The notes below the pieces were generated by a model. That model was not told the DNA's origin, did no database searches, and saw only the letters and a list, made by a program, of their open reading frames with translations. The translations under genes and the position numbers were made by a program. Shown here in pieces: positions 11,129-23,832 of a stretch of DNA of 64,000 nucleotides. The number at the start of each line of letters is the position of its first letter. Position 1 is the stretch's first letter. Source of the stretch: Macrostomum lignano (taxonomy: Eukaryota); NCBI GenBank assembly GCA_002269645.1, contig NIVC01000268.1, positions 593,647-657,646 on the forward strand. The letters are read 5' to 3'.

Positions 11129-12529
11129 CTGCATGTACCAAGGTACATGTAAATACAAATCATGTACAGCAGGCACATTGTAATATTAAGCTATATAATT
11201 TATATATAATTTCTGTGAGCTGTGATACTCAAATTTTACATTTTTAGCGTAAAACTAGCAATCTACGCCCCCCGTTGGGTAGCCAAATAAATGCAATACA
11301 CGTTTTTTAATAAGCAACATGTAGCTAAGCCTTGAAATCTTAAAAAATCTCCTGTCAAACTTCTAACCATAACCCCAACCCTAACCATAACCCCAACCCT
11401 AACCATAACCCTAAATTGAATATTTTGTTCACGAGTTTTTGCATGATGCTTGCATTATTTTTTGCATGACGCTTCCATAAATATTTTTAAAAGGCTACTA
11501 CATGAGCTAAGGTATAAGCTACCCTAACCCTAGCCCTAAGCCAAATCTTAACGCTATACCCTGAACCTAACACTAAACCTTGAAACCCTAACACCAATCC
11601 TAACACTAACCCTACAGCCTGACATTTTCATAAGTTTGTGAAGCGCTTATGCACCAAATTTTTGTGAACAGAATATTCTCAGTGAAATGAAATATTTGAA
11701 GCTTTATTTATTCCCGGCATAGCACATCACTACAAAGAACGTGCATATACGCGTACCATTTAATACTGGCATACTTTAAGCGTAGGATGATACGAAACTG
11801 CGTGAATAAATTCGCCGAACTATTAAACATTTCTGTTAGTTTCACGATTATTATACACAGTACATGTACAAAGTAACAGTACTGTTCAACTGTACTGTTA
11901 CGAGCTACAACAAACAAAAAACAACAAACGACCGGTACGTGCTTTTAATTAAATTTTAAACAACCGAAAATTGACGTTCAGCAGTTAAAACAATATTTAA
12001 ACCAACACATGCATTTATTCAAATGATATGATATGATCTTCTGCTGCTAATACGAGCGTAGCAGGTGAAAATTTGCAATGATGTAATAATTAATTAACAA
12101 AAGGATAGACTGTCGCTTCAGCAGATGGTGCCATCGACAAGCAGCCAGTATAGCTTTAGCAGTACAAAAATGTACATGTATATGCCATCCTGACTACCTG
12201 CCGACTCGCGTCACTGCTCAATTGCATGCATTGGGTGTAAGCAAAGGTAGAGACATTCATTCTCAAACCAAACATTAAGTCGCTCCGCTCTGCTTAAGGC
12301 TGCTACAGAGCTTGACTGCAAATGCTCCTTTTAGAGTCTGGAACCACAGGGTATATAGAGCAGCTCCTATACACCATTCACAAACTCTTTTAGCCCAGTT
12401 AAGATGCAGTCAACCTACTCTCAATGAGGGCTGCTTCATAAATTCCGATTATACATACATGTTTCACCTGCTTATACCTGTACTATTTCTGTTTACTGAC
12501 TGTATTTTATGGTCTGTTCAGCGACTGTA

Positions 12530-12955
12530 TTAGTGACTGTATTATTGTCTGTTTAGAGGCTGTATTGTCTGTTAAACGACTGTATTGTCTGTTTAGAGGC
12601 TGTATTGTCTGTTTAGAGGCTGTATTGTCTGTTAAACGACTGTATTGTCTGTTTAGAGGCTGTATTGTCTGTTAAACGACTGTATTGTCTGTTAAACGAC
12701 TGTATTGTCTGTTTAGAGACTGCATTGTCTGTTAAAGGCTGTATTGCCTGTTTAGACATTGTATTGTCTGTTTAGAGACTATATTGTCTGCTTAAGGCTG
12801 CATTCTCTGTTTAGAGGCTGTATTGCCTGTTTAGAGGCTGTATTGTCTGCTTAGAGGCTGTATTGTCTGTTTAGAGGCTGTATTGCCTGTTTAGAGGCTG
12901 TATTGCCTGTTTAGAGGCTGTATTGCCTGTTTAGAGGCTGTATTGCCTGTTTAGG
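12530..12955. repeat. 20-bp tandem repeat (TATTGTCTGTTTAGAGGCTG) inside H1
   Basis: Read directly, ~20 copies. Confidence 0.9.
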
Positions 12956-13258
12956 GATTGCATCATTGTCTGTTAAAGGCCTGTATTTATTCTGTAATTT
13001 CTACTTTAAGTACTGTTACATTTATGTCCTATGAGTATAAGGAGGAACTTACGAAACATTCCTCGTAAATAGGATTTACTCAATGCACTCTCTCAGGGCT
13101 ATCAGTTCATTGAGACAGTTCATTGAGAAAAACATTTCTATAAATACAGATTCTTAGAAACATACAGATTACAAACAAACAAACATACAGAAATTACAGA
13201 TTTTGGTGGTTACATACTGATTAACATTCACCGGACACAATTAAAATGATCGTCTTAC

Positions 13259-13599
13259 CTGTTAACCGACACTCCTCGACGGCGAATTAGTTCGGCTTCC
13301 ACTCGAGCTCGTTGCTGAGCGTCGGTTTCCATTGCCCTACGCTCAGCTCTCTGCTGCCGATCTGCAGCCAGCCGCTCTTCTCGCTGAGCATCAGTCTCCC
13401 TGGCCATTCGCTCAGCCTGTTGCTGCCGAAGTCCAGCCAGCCGCTCTTCTCGCTGAGCATCAGTCTCCCTGGCCATTCGCTCAGCCTGTTGCTGCCGAAG
13501 TCCAGCCAGCCGCTCTTCTCGTTGAACTCGTTGTTCTTGCTGACGCTTCTTCTTAGCATCTCTGCTTTTTTTCAAGGCACTGGTGCCACGTCGAGCCAT
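13259..13599 (-). CDS. First exon of an STPR-like (23-aa repeat) basic helical protein, Helitron-borne; remainder not found
   Basis: ATG in AAAATG context, basic N-terminus, 3-4 copies of the 23-aa unit ETDAQREERLAGLRQQQAERMAR (69 bp), strong donor AG|GTAAGA at 13259/13258; same strand as the Helitron. Confidence 0.6.
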
Positions 13600-13983
13600 T
13601 TTAGAATTTAGAAATATGTATAATATTTAGTATAGGTAGGTAGAAAATGAAAGTAAGGTAGGTTGTGTGAGTGAGAGTAGAGAATGGTAAGAAAGAGAAA
13701 ACTATCGTACCACACGTTTTAAACTCGTTGAACCACCCACCCCAAAAAGCTGGACACCCTTGTACACCGTTCAAATGTACACAAAGCCCAAATTTTCTCT
13801 CTCCAGCACCCAGACTTTAAAATGAAACTGATAACTGATAAGTAGCTTTTCAATTCTTAACCAATGCAATGTACATTTGTGCCCTGCTCTTCTGAGTGAG
13901 TTTTTGCCATGTCGATTTATTTCTCAAACACAATCGATCACACGGTATCAGCCTCCAATAGAGTTAAAAATATGGTTGAGCAA

Positions 13984-14800
13984 CATGACGCTTCTATGAC
14001 TATTTACATGACGCTTCTATGACTATTTACATGACGCTTCTATGACTGTTTACATGACGCTTCTATGACTGTTTACATGACGCTTCTATGACTGTTTACA
14101 AGACGCTTCTATGACTATTTACATGACGCTTCTATGACTGTTTACATGACGCTTCCATGACTATTTACATGACGCTTCTATGACTGTTTACATGACGCTT
14201 CTATGACTGTTTACATGACGCTTCTATGACTGTTTACATGACGCTTCTATGACTATTTACATGACGCTTCTATGACTGTCTACATGACGCTTCTATGACT
14301 GTTTACATGACGCTTCTATGACTATTTACATGACGCTTCTATTACTGTTTACATGACGCTTCCATGACTATTTACATGACGCTTCTATGACTGTTTACAT
14401 GACGCTTCTATGACTGTTTACATGACGCTTCTATGACTGTTTACATGACGCTTCTATGACTATTTACATGACGCTTCTATGACTGTTTACATGACGCTTC
14501 TATGATTGTTTACATGACGCTTCTATGATTGTTTACATGACGCTTCTATGACTGTCTACATGACGCTTCTATGACTGTTTACATGACGCTTCTATGACTG
14601 TTTACATGACGCTTCTATGATTTTCTAAATGACGCTTCTATGATGGTTTACATGACGCTTCTATGATTGTTTACATGACGCTTCTATGCTTTTTACATGA
14701 CGCTTCTATGATTGTTTACATGACGCTTCTATGATTGTTTACATGACGCTTCTATGATTGTTTACATGACGCTTCTATGATTTTTACATGACGCTTCTTT
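13984..14800. repeat. 23-bp satellite CATGACGCTTCTATGACTGTTTA (H1)
   Basis: Read directly, ~35 copies. Confidence 0.95.
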
Positions 14801-15669
14801 TTAAAAAGTCTTTTAGTTTTCCTGACGTTGAAAAGCTTTAATTAAAATTTTTTTTGCACTCATATAATTCAACACTTAAAATCCAAGCATAGAGTAAATC
14901 ACACGAGGCAGTGATGACATAATCAGTTTCTCAGTCAGTCAGTATCAGTTAACAATATGGTTACGCAATTTAAATCAAGTCTGGTGCTACGCTTCCACAC
15001 TGCATTTTCAATTCAAGTCGGAGTTACAATTCTGTTATGATGCAATCTATTTCAGAATCAGAATTCAACCAGTCATTTTTTCTCTAGCATTCTTACAATG
15101 CATTTCAAGTCGAAAAGTTTGCTTGACCTTTGCAAAAAAGCATGTTTTTCGAATATTTAATGCCTTTAGCATCGAGCAATTTCTTAGCCACGATGCATGT
15201 ACCGTCACAGGAAAATTTCTGATCGAACAGTGCAAGTTCGAACAAAATCGGTCCAGCCATTTTTTCTCTAATCTATCACATATATATAGACATCACATTT
15301 TTAGTATATAGGACTAGCAATCTAGCGCCCCCCTTCGGGGTGGCCAATAAGCAAGGGACGAATCCTTTAAAATGAAAAAAAATTCTTAGGGAGGGGGGCT
15401 AGGAATCGAATTCTCATTTTAATTCCAGGCTTATGTACCAATAAAACATGTTTGTGCAGAATTTTATAACAGACATTGAAATTCAACCATACTTGCCTTC
15501 TTTCAGAGCTACTTCTACCAGTATGCTTCAGTACGCTACCAGTACCCTTGTAAGCCTTGACATGTCAGCAATCCCCTCCCCCCCACAAGCCTTTAACATA
15601 TCAACTCCCCCCTTGACATCTCAGCGATGCTCCCATAAGCCTTGAAATCTTAAAAAATCTGTCTACTTT

Positions 15670-15709
15670 CTAACCCTAACCCTAACCCTAACCCTAACCC
15701 TAACCCTAA
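15670..15709. repeat. Interstitial telomere-type (TAACCC)n repeat in H2; also 24057-24118 (H4) and degenerate at 11362-11415 and 11521-11612 (H1)
   Basis: Six perfect TAACCC units at 15671-15706. Confidence 0.9.
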
Positions 15710-16659
15710 AGCATTGAAATTTCAGTAATTCTCTCTAAGAGTGTATAGCACTACTACAGCATTATAGCGATTCCCTGCAAGCCTCGACATCGTAGGGATT
15801 CCCAAATGAATCTCTTAACTTCGACATGAAGCTTCTTTTTTTTTACATTACGCTTTTTCTATCAGCGATCCCTCCCGTGAGGAGCCAACAAATAATGTAA
15901 TAACTTTTTTCCAATAAACTACATGTAGCTTCTGACATTAGCCTTGACATCTCATTTATTCTCCCGTGAGCCTTGACATCTCAGCCATAGATAGATAGAT
16001 AGATAGATTCCCCTCGTAAGCCTTGACATGTCAGCGATGCCCCCCATAAACCTTGAAATCTAAAAAATCCCCTGTTAACCTTGAAACGCGCTAAAATCTA
16101 ACCCTCAACCCAAACCTGACGTAAACCTAACTTTCACCCAACCTAAAGCCTTGAAATCACAGCAATTCTTCTTCCCTAAGCCTTGGCATTTAAGTGATTC
16201 CTTCTTTAAGAATCACAGCACTATAACGATTCCCTCCAAGCTTTGACATCGTAGCAATTCCCAAATGAATCTTTTAACTTTGACATGACTTTTATTTTAT
16301 GTATACATAGTGCTCCTTTTATTTTTACATGACTCTTCTTCTATCAGCGCCCCCCCACCGTGGCAAGCCAACAAAGAATGCAATAAAAAAACTTAAGTAA
16401 AGTACATGTACTTTGAAGTAGCTTCTGACTTTTGCTTTAAAATCTCAGAAACCCCCCTGTAATCTCAGTTATTCTCTGTGAGCCTTGACATCTCAGTGAT
16501 TCTCCCCAGCACAGCACTATAGCTTCATTTAATTTTTATGACACTTGTTTCATGTCTGACATGACGCTTCTTTTGATTTTTACGTTACGCTTCTTTTATT
16601 CTTCCATGATGCTTCTTAATTTTTTAAATGACACACTTTCATTAGTTTTTATATGAGGC

Positions 16660-17360
16660 TTCTATGATTTTTTCATGACGCTTCTATGTTAACATGACGC
16701 TTCTATGCTTGTTTACATGACGCTTTTATGATTGTTTACATGACGCTTCTATGATTGTTTACATGACGCTTGTATGATTGTTTACATGACGCTTCTATGA
16801 TTTTTTACATGACGCTTCTATGATTTTTACATGACGCTTCTATGATTTTTACATGACGCTTCTATGATTTTTTCATGACGCTTCTATGATTTTTACAAGA
16901 CGCTTCTATGATTTTTACATGACGCTTCTATGATTTTTTACATGACGCTTCTATGATTGTTTACATGACGCTTGTATGATTGTTTACATGACGCTTCTAT
17001 GATTTTTTATGACGCTTTTATGATTTTAACATGACGCTTCTATGATTTTTTACATGACGCTTCTATGATTGTTTACATGACGCTTGTATGATTGTTTACA
17101 TGACGCTTGTATGATTTTAACATGACGCTTCTATGATTGTTTGCATGACGCTTCTATGATTTTTTTATGACGCTTTTATGATTTTAACATGACGCTTCTA
17201 TGATTTTTTTACATGACGCTTCTATGATTGTTTACATGACGCTTCTATGATTTTTTACATGACGCTTCTATGATTTTTACATGACGCTTCTATGATTTTT
17301 ACATGACGCTTCTATGATTGTTTGCATGACGCTTGTATGATTGTTTACATGACGCTTCCA
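16660..17360. repeat. 23-bp satellite CATGACGCTTCTATGATT(GT)TTTA (H2)
   Basis: Read directly. Confidence 0.95.
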
Positions 17361-17779
17361 TAATTTTTTTTTGTCTTGGCGTTAAAAAGCTTTAATTAAA
17401 AAACTCTACTCTCTAAAAATTCGAACCATCGTCCCTGCATTTAGCAGTTTAGTCTGTTTACCTCTAGGCTAGCTCTCATGAATTTTAGTCATTACCCCTA
17501 AATAGAAAATATTCCCAAGACAGCAAGCATCCCCCAGTAGCAAGCATCCCCTAATACTCCTAGCAAGCATCCACCCAGATAGCAAGCATCTGCAGATAGC
17601 AAGCATCTGCAGATAGCAAGCATCTTGCAGATAGCAAGCATCTTGCAGATAGCAAGCATACCCCAAATAATGTAGAAGCATCCTTCCAGATAGCAAGCAT
17701 CCTGCACATAGCAAGAATCCCTAAATAGCAAGCATCCCTGGATAGAAATAATCCTATACATGTAGCCAAGCTTATCAAG

Positions 17780-19035
17780 CGCAGTAATCCTTGGCTATCG
17801 AGTGCAGTAATCCTTGATTTATTAATAGCAATAATCCTTGGCTTATCGAGTGCAGTAATCCTTGGTTTGCCAAGTGCATAATCCTTGGTTTATTAATAGC
17901 AATAATCCTTGGTTTATCGAGTGCAGTAATCCTTGGTTTATTAATAGCAATAATCCTTGGCTTATCGAGTGCAGTAATCCTTGATTTATTAATAGCAATA
18001 ATCCTTGGCTTATCGAGTGCAGTAATCCTTGGTTTATTAATAGCAATAATCCTTGATTAATCAAGTGCAGTAATCCTTGGTTTGCCAAGAGCAATAGTCC
18101 TTGGTTTATTGAGTGCAGTAATCCTTGGTTTATTAATAGCAATAATCCTTGGCTTATCGAGTGCAGTAATCCTTGGTTTGCCAAGTGCATAATCCTTGGT
18201 TTATTAATAGCAATAATCCTTGGTTTATCGAGTGCAGTAATCCTTGGTTTATTAATAGCAATAATCCTTGGCTTATCGAGTGCAGTAATCCTTGGTTTAT
18301 TAATAGCAATAATCCTTGGCTTATCGAGTGCAGTAATCCTTGGTTTGCCAAGAGCAATAGTCCTTGGCTTATCGAGTGCAGTAATCCTTGGTTTATTAAT
18401 AGCAATAATCCTTGGCTTATCGAGTGCAGTAATCCTTGGTTTATTAATAGCAATAATCCTTGGCTTATCGAGTGCAGTAATCCTTGGTTTGCCAAGAGCA
18501 ATAGTCCTTGGCTTATCGAGTGCAGTAATCCTTGGTTTATTAATAGCAATAGTCCTTGGTTTATTGAGTGCAGTAATCCTTGGTTTATTAATAGCAATAG
18601 TCCTTGGTTTATTGAGTGCAGTAATCCTTGGTTTATTAATAGCAATAATCCTTTGGCTTATCGAGTGCAGTAATCCTTGGTTTGCCAAGTGCATAATCCT
18701 TGGTTTATTAATAGCAATAATCCTTGGTTTATCGAGTGCAGTAATCCTTGGTTTGCCAAGTGCATAATCCTTGGTTTATTAATAGCAATAATCCTTGGTT
18801 TATCGAGTGCAGTAATCCTTGGTTTATTAATAGCAATAATCCTTGGCTTATCGAGTGCAGTAATCCTTGGTTTATTAATAGCAATAATCCATGGCTTATC
18901 GAGTGCAGTAATCCTTGGTTTGCCAAGAGCAATAGTCCTTGGTTTATTAATAGCAATAATCCTTGGCTTATCGAGTGCAGTATTCCTTGGTTTGCCAAGA
19001 GCAATAATCCTTAGCTTATCGAGTGCAGTAATCTA
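17780..19035. repeat. 24-bp subunit / 48-bp dimer satellite (AGTGCAGTAATCCTTGGTTTATTA-ATAGCAATAATCCTTGGCTTATCG) in H2, preceded by AGCAAGCATC repeats (17520-17740)
   Basis: Read directly; the ORFs here are periodic artefacts. Confidence 0.95.
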
Positions 19036-19106
19036 AGTGTTTTTATTTAGTCTTTTAATAAAAGCTTTTAATAAAAAATTTTACACTACTACTTTTAAAC
19101 TACTTA

Positions 19107-19161
19107 GATTCGAACCCAGGTCGCTGCATTAGCAGTCTGGTCTGCTCAGCTCTAGGCTAGC
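19107..19161 (-). other. tRNA-Ser(GCT)-like segment inside the Helitron (also ~17420-17471, 23300-23352, ~26286-26340)
   Basis: Minus strand: TAGCCTAGAG (A-box-like), GACTGCTAAT (Ser-GCT anticodon loop), GGGTTCGAATC (B box). No complete cloverleaf. Confidence 0.55.
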
Positions 19162-19634
19162 TTCCCTAGGCTAGGGAAGCAGTTATGACATAATCAATTT
19201 CTTAGGCAAGTCAGTACCAGTGTCTATGAAAGCTAACAATATGGTTACGTAATATAAATTCAGTACTGCACTATACTTTCACACTCAAAGCTGTGACGCA
19301 ATTCAATTGAGTGTCAAATTCAGCCAGTACACAGACGATAAATAAAGTGTATTGTGATGCAATCTATTTCAGAATCAGAATTCAACCAGTCAGTTTTTTC
19401 TCTAGCATTTTTACAGTGCGTTTCAAGTCGAAATAGCTGCTTGACCTTTGCAAAAAAGCATGTTTTCGAATATTTAATCCCTTTAGCATCGAGCAATTTC
19501 TTAGCCACGATGCATGTACCGTCACGGAAAAATTTCTGATCGAATGGTGCAAGTTTGAAGAAAATCGGTTGAGCCGTTCGGGAGAAAATCAATTACAAGC
19601 AAGCAACCAAGCATTTCATTTTTAGTATATAGGA

Positions 19635-22600
19635 CTAGCAATCTTCGCCCCCCGTTGGGGGACATCTGGATAGAATCTCTGTTCTCTACAAGTAACAAAA
19701 AGACAGCCAAATAAAGCCTTCACAAAGACGACAGACAAACTGCTCTAATAAAGTGTAATGCAAAAAGAAATCATCCCAAGACAGCAAGCATCCCCCAGAT
19801 TGCAAGCATCCCCCAGATAGCAAGCATCCCGAAAAAGTAAGCATCCACCATAAAATAAGTAGCTAGTGCTACAATTTCCTTAGCTCTATAGTGGCTCCTT
19901 TAAAATTGGCATGACGCTTAATTTTACGTTTGAAATTGTGTAAATTTTATGTTTGACTTGGTGGCTCTTTAATGTTTGACATGGTGGCTCTTTTATGTTC
20001 TACATGGTGGCTCTCTTATGTTTGATTCGGGGTTTTGTTAATGTCTGACATGGTGTCTCTTTATTGTTTGACATAGTGGCTCTTTTATGTTTGACATGGT
20101 GGCTCTTTTATGTTTGACATGGTGGCTCTTTAATGTTCGACATGGTGGCTCTTCAATGTTTGACATTATGGCTCTTTAATGTTTGACATGGTGTCTCTTT
20201 AATGTTTGACATGTTGTCTCTTTAATGTTTGACATGGAGTCATGTATATGTTTGCCATGGTGGCTCTTTAATGTTAGACATGGTGTCTCTTCAATGTTTG
20301 ACATGGAGTCATGTATATGTTTGACATGGTGGCTCTTTAATGTTTGACATGGTGGCTCTTTAATGTTTGACATAGTGGCTCTTTAATTTTCGAAATGGTG
20401 GTTGTTTTATGTTCTACATGGTGGCTCTTTAATGTTCGACATGGTGGCTCTTTAATGTTCTTAACGGTGTCTGTTTAATGTTTGACATGGTGGCTCTCTA
20501 ATGTTCGACATGGTGGCTCTTTAATGTTTGACATGGTGGCTCTTTAATTTTCGAAATGTTGGCTGTTTTATGTTTGACATGGTGGCTCTTTAATGTTAGA
20601 CATGGTGGCTCTTTAATGTTTGACATGGTGGCTCTTTAATGTTCGACATGGTGGCTCTTTAATGTTAGACATGGTGTCTCTTTAATGTTTGACATGGAGT
20701 CATGTATATGTTTGACATGGTGGCTCTTGTATTTTTAACATGTTAGCTCTTTAATGTTCGACATGGTGGCTCTTTAATGTCCAACATGGAGTCACGTATA
20801 TGTTTGACATGGAGTAATGTATATGTCTGATATGGTAGCTCTTTAATGTTTTACATGGAGTCACGCATATGTTTCACATGGTGGCTATTTTATGTTTGAC
20901 ATGGTGGTTCTTAAATGTTCGACATGGTGGCTCTTTAATATTTAACATGGTGGCACTTTCCTGTTTGACCTGGTGGCTCTTTAATGTTTGACATGGTGGC
21001 TCTTTAATGTTTTGCATGGTGGCACTTTCATGTTTGTAATGGTGACTATTTTATGTTCTACATGGTGGCTCTTTTATGTTCGACATGGTGGCTCTTTAAT
21101 GTTTGATAAGGTGGCTATTTAATGTTCGACTTGGTGGCTCTTTAATTTTTGACAAGGTGGCTCTTTAATGTTTGAAATAGTGGCTCTTTAATTTTCGAAA
21201 TGGTGGCTGTTTTATGTTTGACATGGTGGCTCTTTAATGTTCGACATGGTGGCTCTTTAATGTTTTTAATGGTGTCTGTTTTATGTTTGACATGGTGGCT
21301 CTTTAATGTTTGACATGGTGGCTCTTTAATGTTTGACATAGTGGCTCTTTAATTTTCGAAATGTTGGCTTTTTTTTGTTGACATGGTGGCTCTTAATGTT
21401 CGACATGGTGGCTCTTTAATGTTCGACATGGTGGCTCTTTAATGTTCTTAATGGTGTCTGTTTTATGTTTGACATGGTGGCTCTTTAATGTTCGAAATAG
21501 TGGCTGTTTTATGTTTGACACGGTGGCTCTTTAATGTTCGACATGGTGGCTCTTTAATGTTTTACATGGTGGCACTTTCATGTTTGACCTGGTGGCTCTT
21601 TAATGTTTGACATGGTGGCTCTATAATATTCGACATGGTGGCTCTTTAATGTTTGACATGGTGGCTCTTTTATCTTTGACATGGTGGCTCTTTCATGTTC
21701 GACATGGTGGCTCTTTAATGTTTGACATGGCGGCTCTTTAATTTTCGAAATGGTGGCTCTGTTTTATGTTTGACATGGTGGCTGTTTTATGTTTGACATT
21801 GTGGCTCTTTAATGTTCGACATGGTGGTTCTTTAATGTTTTTAACGGTGTCTGTTTTATGTTTGACATGGTGGCTCTTTAATGTTCGACATGGTGGCTCT
21901 TTAATGTTTGACATAGCGGCTCTTTAATTTTCGAAATGTTGGCTTTTTTTTGTTGACATGGTGGCTCTTAATGTTCGACATGGTGGCTCTTTAATGTTCT
22001 TAATGGTGTCTGTTTTATGTTTGACATGGTGGCTCTTTAATGTTCGAAATAGTGGCTGTTTTATGTTTGACACGGTGGCTCTTTAATGTTCGACATGGTG
22101 GCTCTTTAATCTTTTACATGGTGGCACTTTCATGTTTGACCTGGTGGCTCTTTAATGTTTGACATGGTGGCTCTATAATATTCGACATGGTGGCTCTTTT
22201 ATGTTTGACATGGTGGCTCTTTTATCTTTGACATGGTGGCTCTTTCATGTTCGACATGGTGGCTCTTTAATGTTTGACATGGCGGCTCTTTAATTTTCGA
22301 AATGGTGGCTCTGTTTTATGTTTGACATGGTGGCTCTTTAATGTTCGACATGGTGGTTCTTTAATGTTTTTAACGGTGTCTGTTTTATGTTTGACATGGT
22401 GGCTCTTTAATGTTCGACATGGTGGCTCTTTAATGTTTGACATAGTGGCTCTTTAATTTTCAAAATGTTGGCTGCTTCATGTTTGACATGGTGGCTCTTT
22501 AATGTTCGACATGGTGGCTCTTTAATGTTCTTAATGGTGTCTGTTTTATGTTTGACATGGTGGCTCTCTAATGTTCGACATGGTGGCTCTCTAATGTTCG

Positions 22601-23832
22601 ACATGGTGGCTCTTTAATGTTTGACATGGTAGTTCTTTTATGTTTGATATGGTGGCTCTTTTATGTTCGACATGGTGGCTCTTTAATGTTTGACATGGTG
22701 GCTCTTTTAGGTTTGAAATGGTGGCTCTTTAATGTTTGACATTGTGGCTTTTTAATGTTCGATATGGTGGCTCTTTAATGTTCGAAATAGTGTCTGTTTT
22801 ATGTTTGACACGGTGGCTCTTTAATGTTCGACATGGTGGCTCTTTAATGTTTGACATGGTGGCTCTTTAATATTTGACATGGTGGCTCTTTTATGTTTGA
22901 CATGGTGGCTCTTTTATCTTTGACATGGTGGCTCTTTAATGTTCGACATGGTGGCTCTTTAATGTTTGGCATGGTGGCTCTTTAATTTTCGAAATGGTGG
23001 CTCTGTTTTATGTTTTACATGGTGGCTCTTTAATGTTCGACATAGTGGCTGTTTTATGTTTGACATGGTGGCTCTTTAATTTTCGACATGGTGGCTCTTT
23101 AATGTTTTTAACGGTGTCTGTTTTATGTTTGACATGGTGGCTCTTTAATGTTGGACATGGTGGCTCTTTTAGGTTTGAAATGGTGGCTCTTTAATGTTTG
23201 ACATTGTGGCTCTTGTATGTTTGACATAGCGCTTCTTTTATGTTTAGCAGTTTTGTGTTTTTAAGGCGTTTTAATAAAAAAGTTTTTTTACACTACTAAG
23301 ATTCGAACCCAGGTCGCTACATTAGCAGTCCAGTCTGTTCGCATCTTGGCTATCTCTTTTCAATTGGAGAACGTGAATTGTGGCCCTTATAATTCAATAC
23401 TTTCAGCAAGTCGGTTAGAGTAAAAAGTTATGACATAATCAATTTCTCAGTCAGCCAGTATCAGTCTCAATTCAAGTTAGCAATATTGGTTACGCAATTT
23501 AAATCAAGTCGTGTGTGCATTTCTTCGGCACTGTTTTCAACTTGTTGTGATGCAATCTTTATCACAATCGGAATTCAGCCAGTCAGTTTTTTCTCCAGCA
23601 TTCTTACAATGAATTTTAGGTCGAAAGAGCTGCTTGACCTTTGCAAAAAAGCATGCTTTTCGAATATTTAATCCCTTTAACATTGAGCAATTTCTTAGCC
23701 AAGATGCATGTACCGTCCCAGGAAAATTTCTGATCGAATGGTGAAAGTTTGAAGAAAATCGGTTGAGCCATTTTTTCTGAAATCTATCGCATACCTACCT
23801 ACCCACAGACAACTCATTTTTAGTATATAGGA
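19635..23832 (-). mobile_element. Non-autonomous Helitron unit H3 (~4.2 kb)
   Basis: Same termini and core; junction at 23832/23833; carries a 3.3-kb 23-bp satellite. Confidence 0.8.
19950..23230. repeat. 23-bp satellite ATGTTTGACATGGTGGCTCTTTA with higher-order duplications (H3)
   Basis: Read directly, ~140 copies; duplicated blocks visible at ~21350-21900 versus ~21930-22440. Confidence 0.95.

Larger units (their letters stand above)
11255..15313 (-). mobile_element. Non-autonomous Helitron unit H1 (~4.06 kb)
   Basis: Minus strand: 5' TCCTATATACTAAAAATG, ~450-bp conserved core, 23-bp satellite, STPR exon, TTAGGG-like repeats, GC-rich hairpin-like CCCAACGGGGGGCG, then ATTG-CTAG|T at 11255. 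Confidence 0.8.
15314..19634 (-). mobile_element. Non-autonomous Helitron unit H2 (~4.32 kb, chimeric)
   Basis: Same termini; exact junctions (plus strand) TATATAGGA|CTAGCAATC at 15313/15314 and 19634/19635; hairpin GCCACCCCGAAGGGGGGC ~9 nt before the terminal CTAG. Confidence 0.8.

Noticed and set aside
13020-13137. Second exon for the STPR ORF
   Set aside because: A plausible acceptor exists at 13138, but the spliced frame hits a stop within 10 codons, and still stops after removing a 13-bp duplication.
15670-15709. True telomere or chromosome-fusion scar
   Set aside because: The tracts are only 40-60 bp, lie in one orientation and sit at homologous positions in repeated elements.
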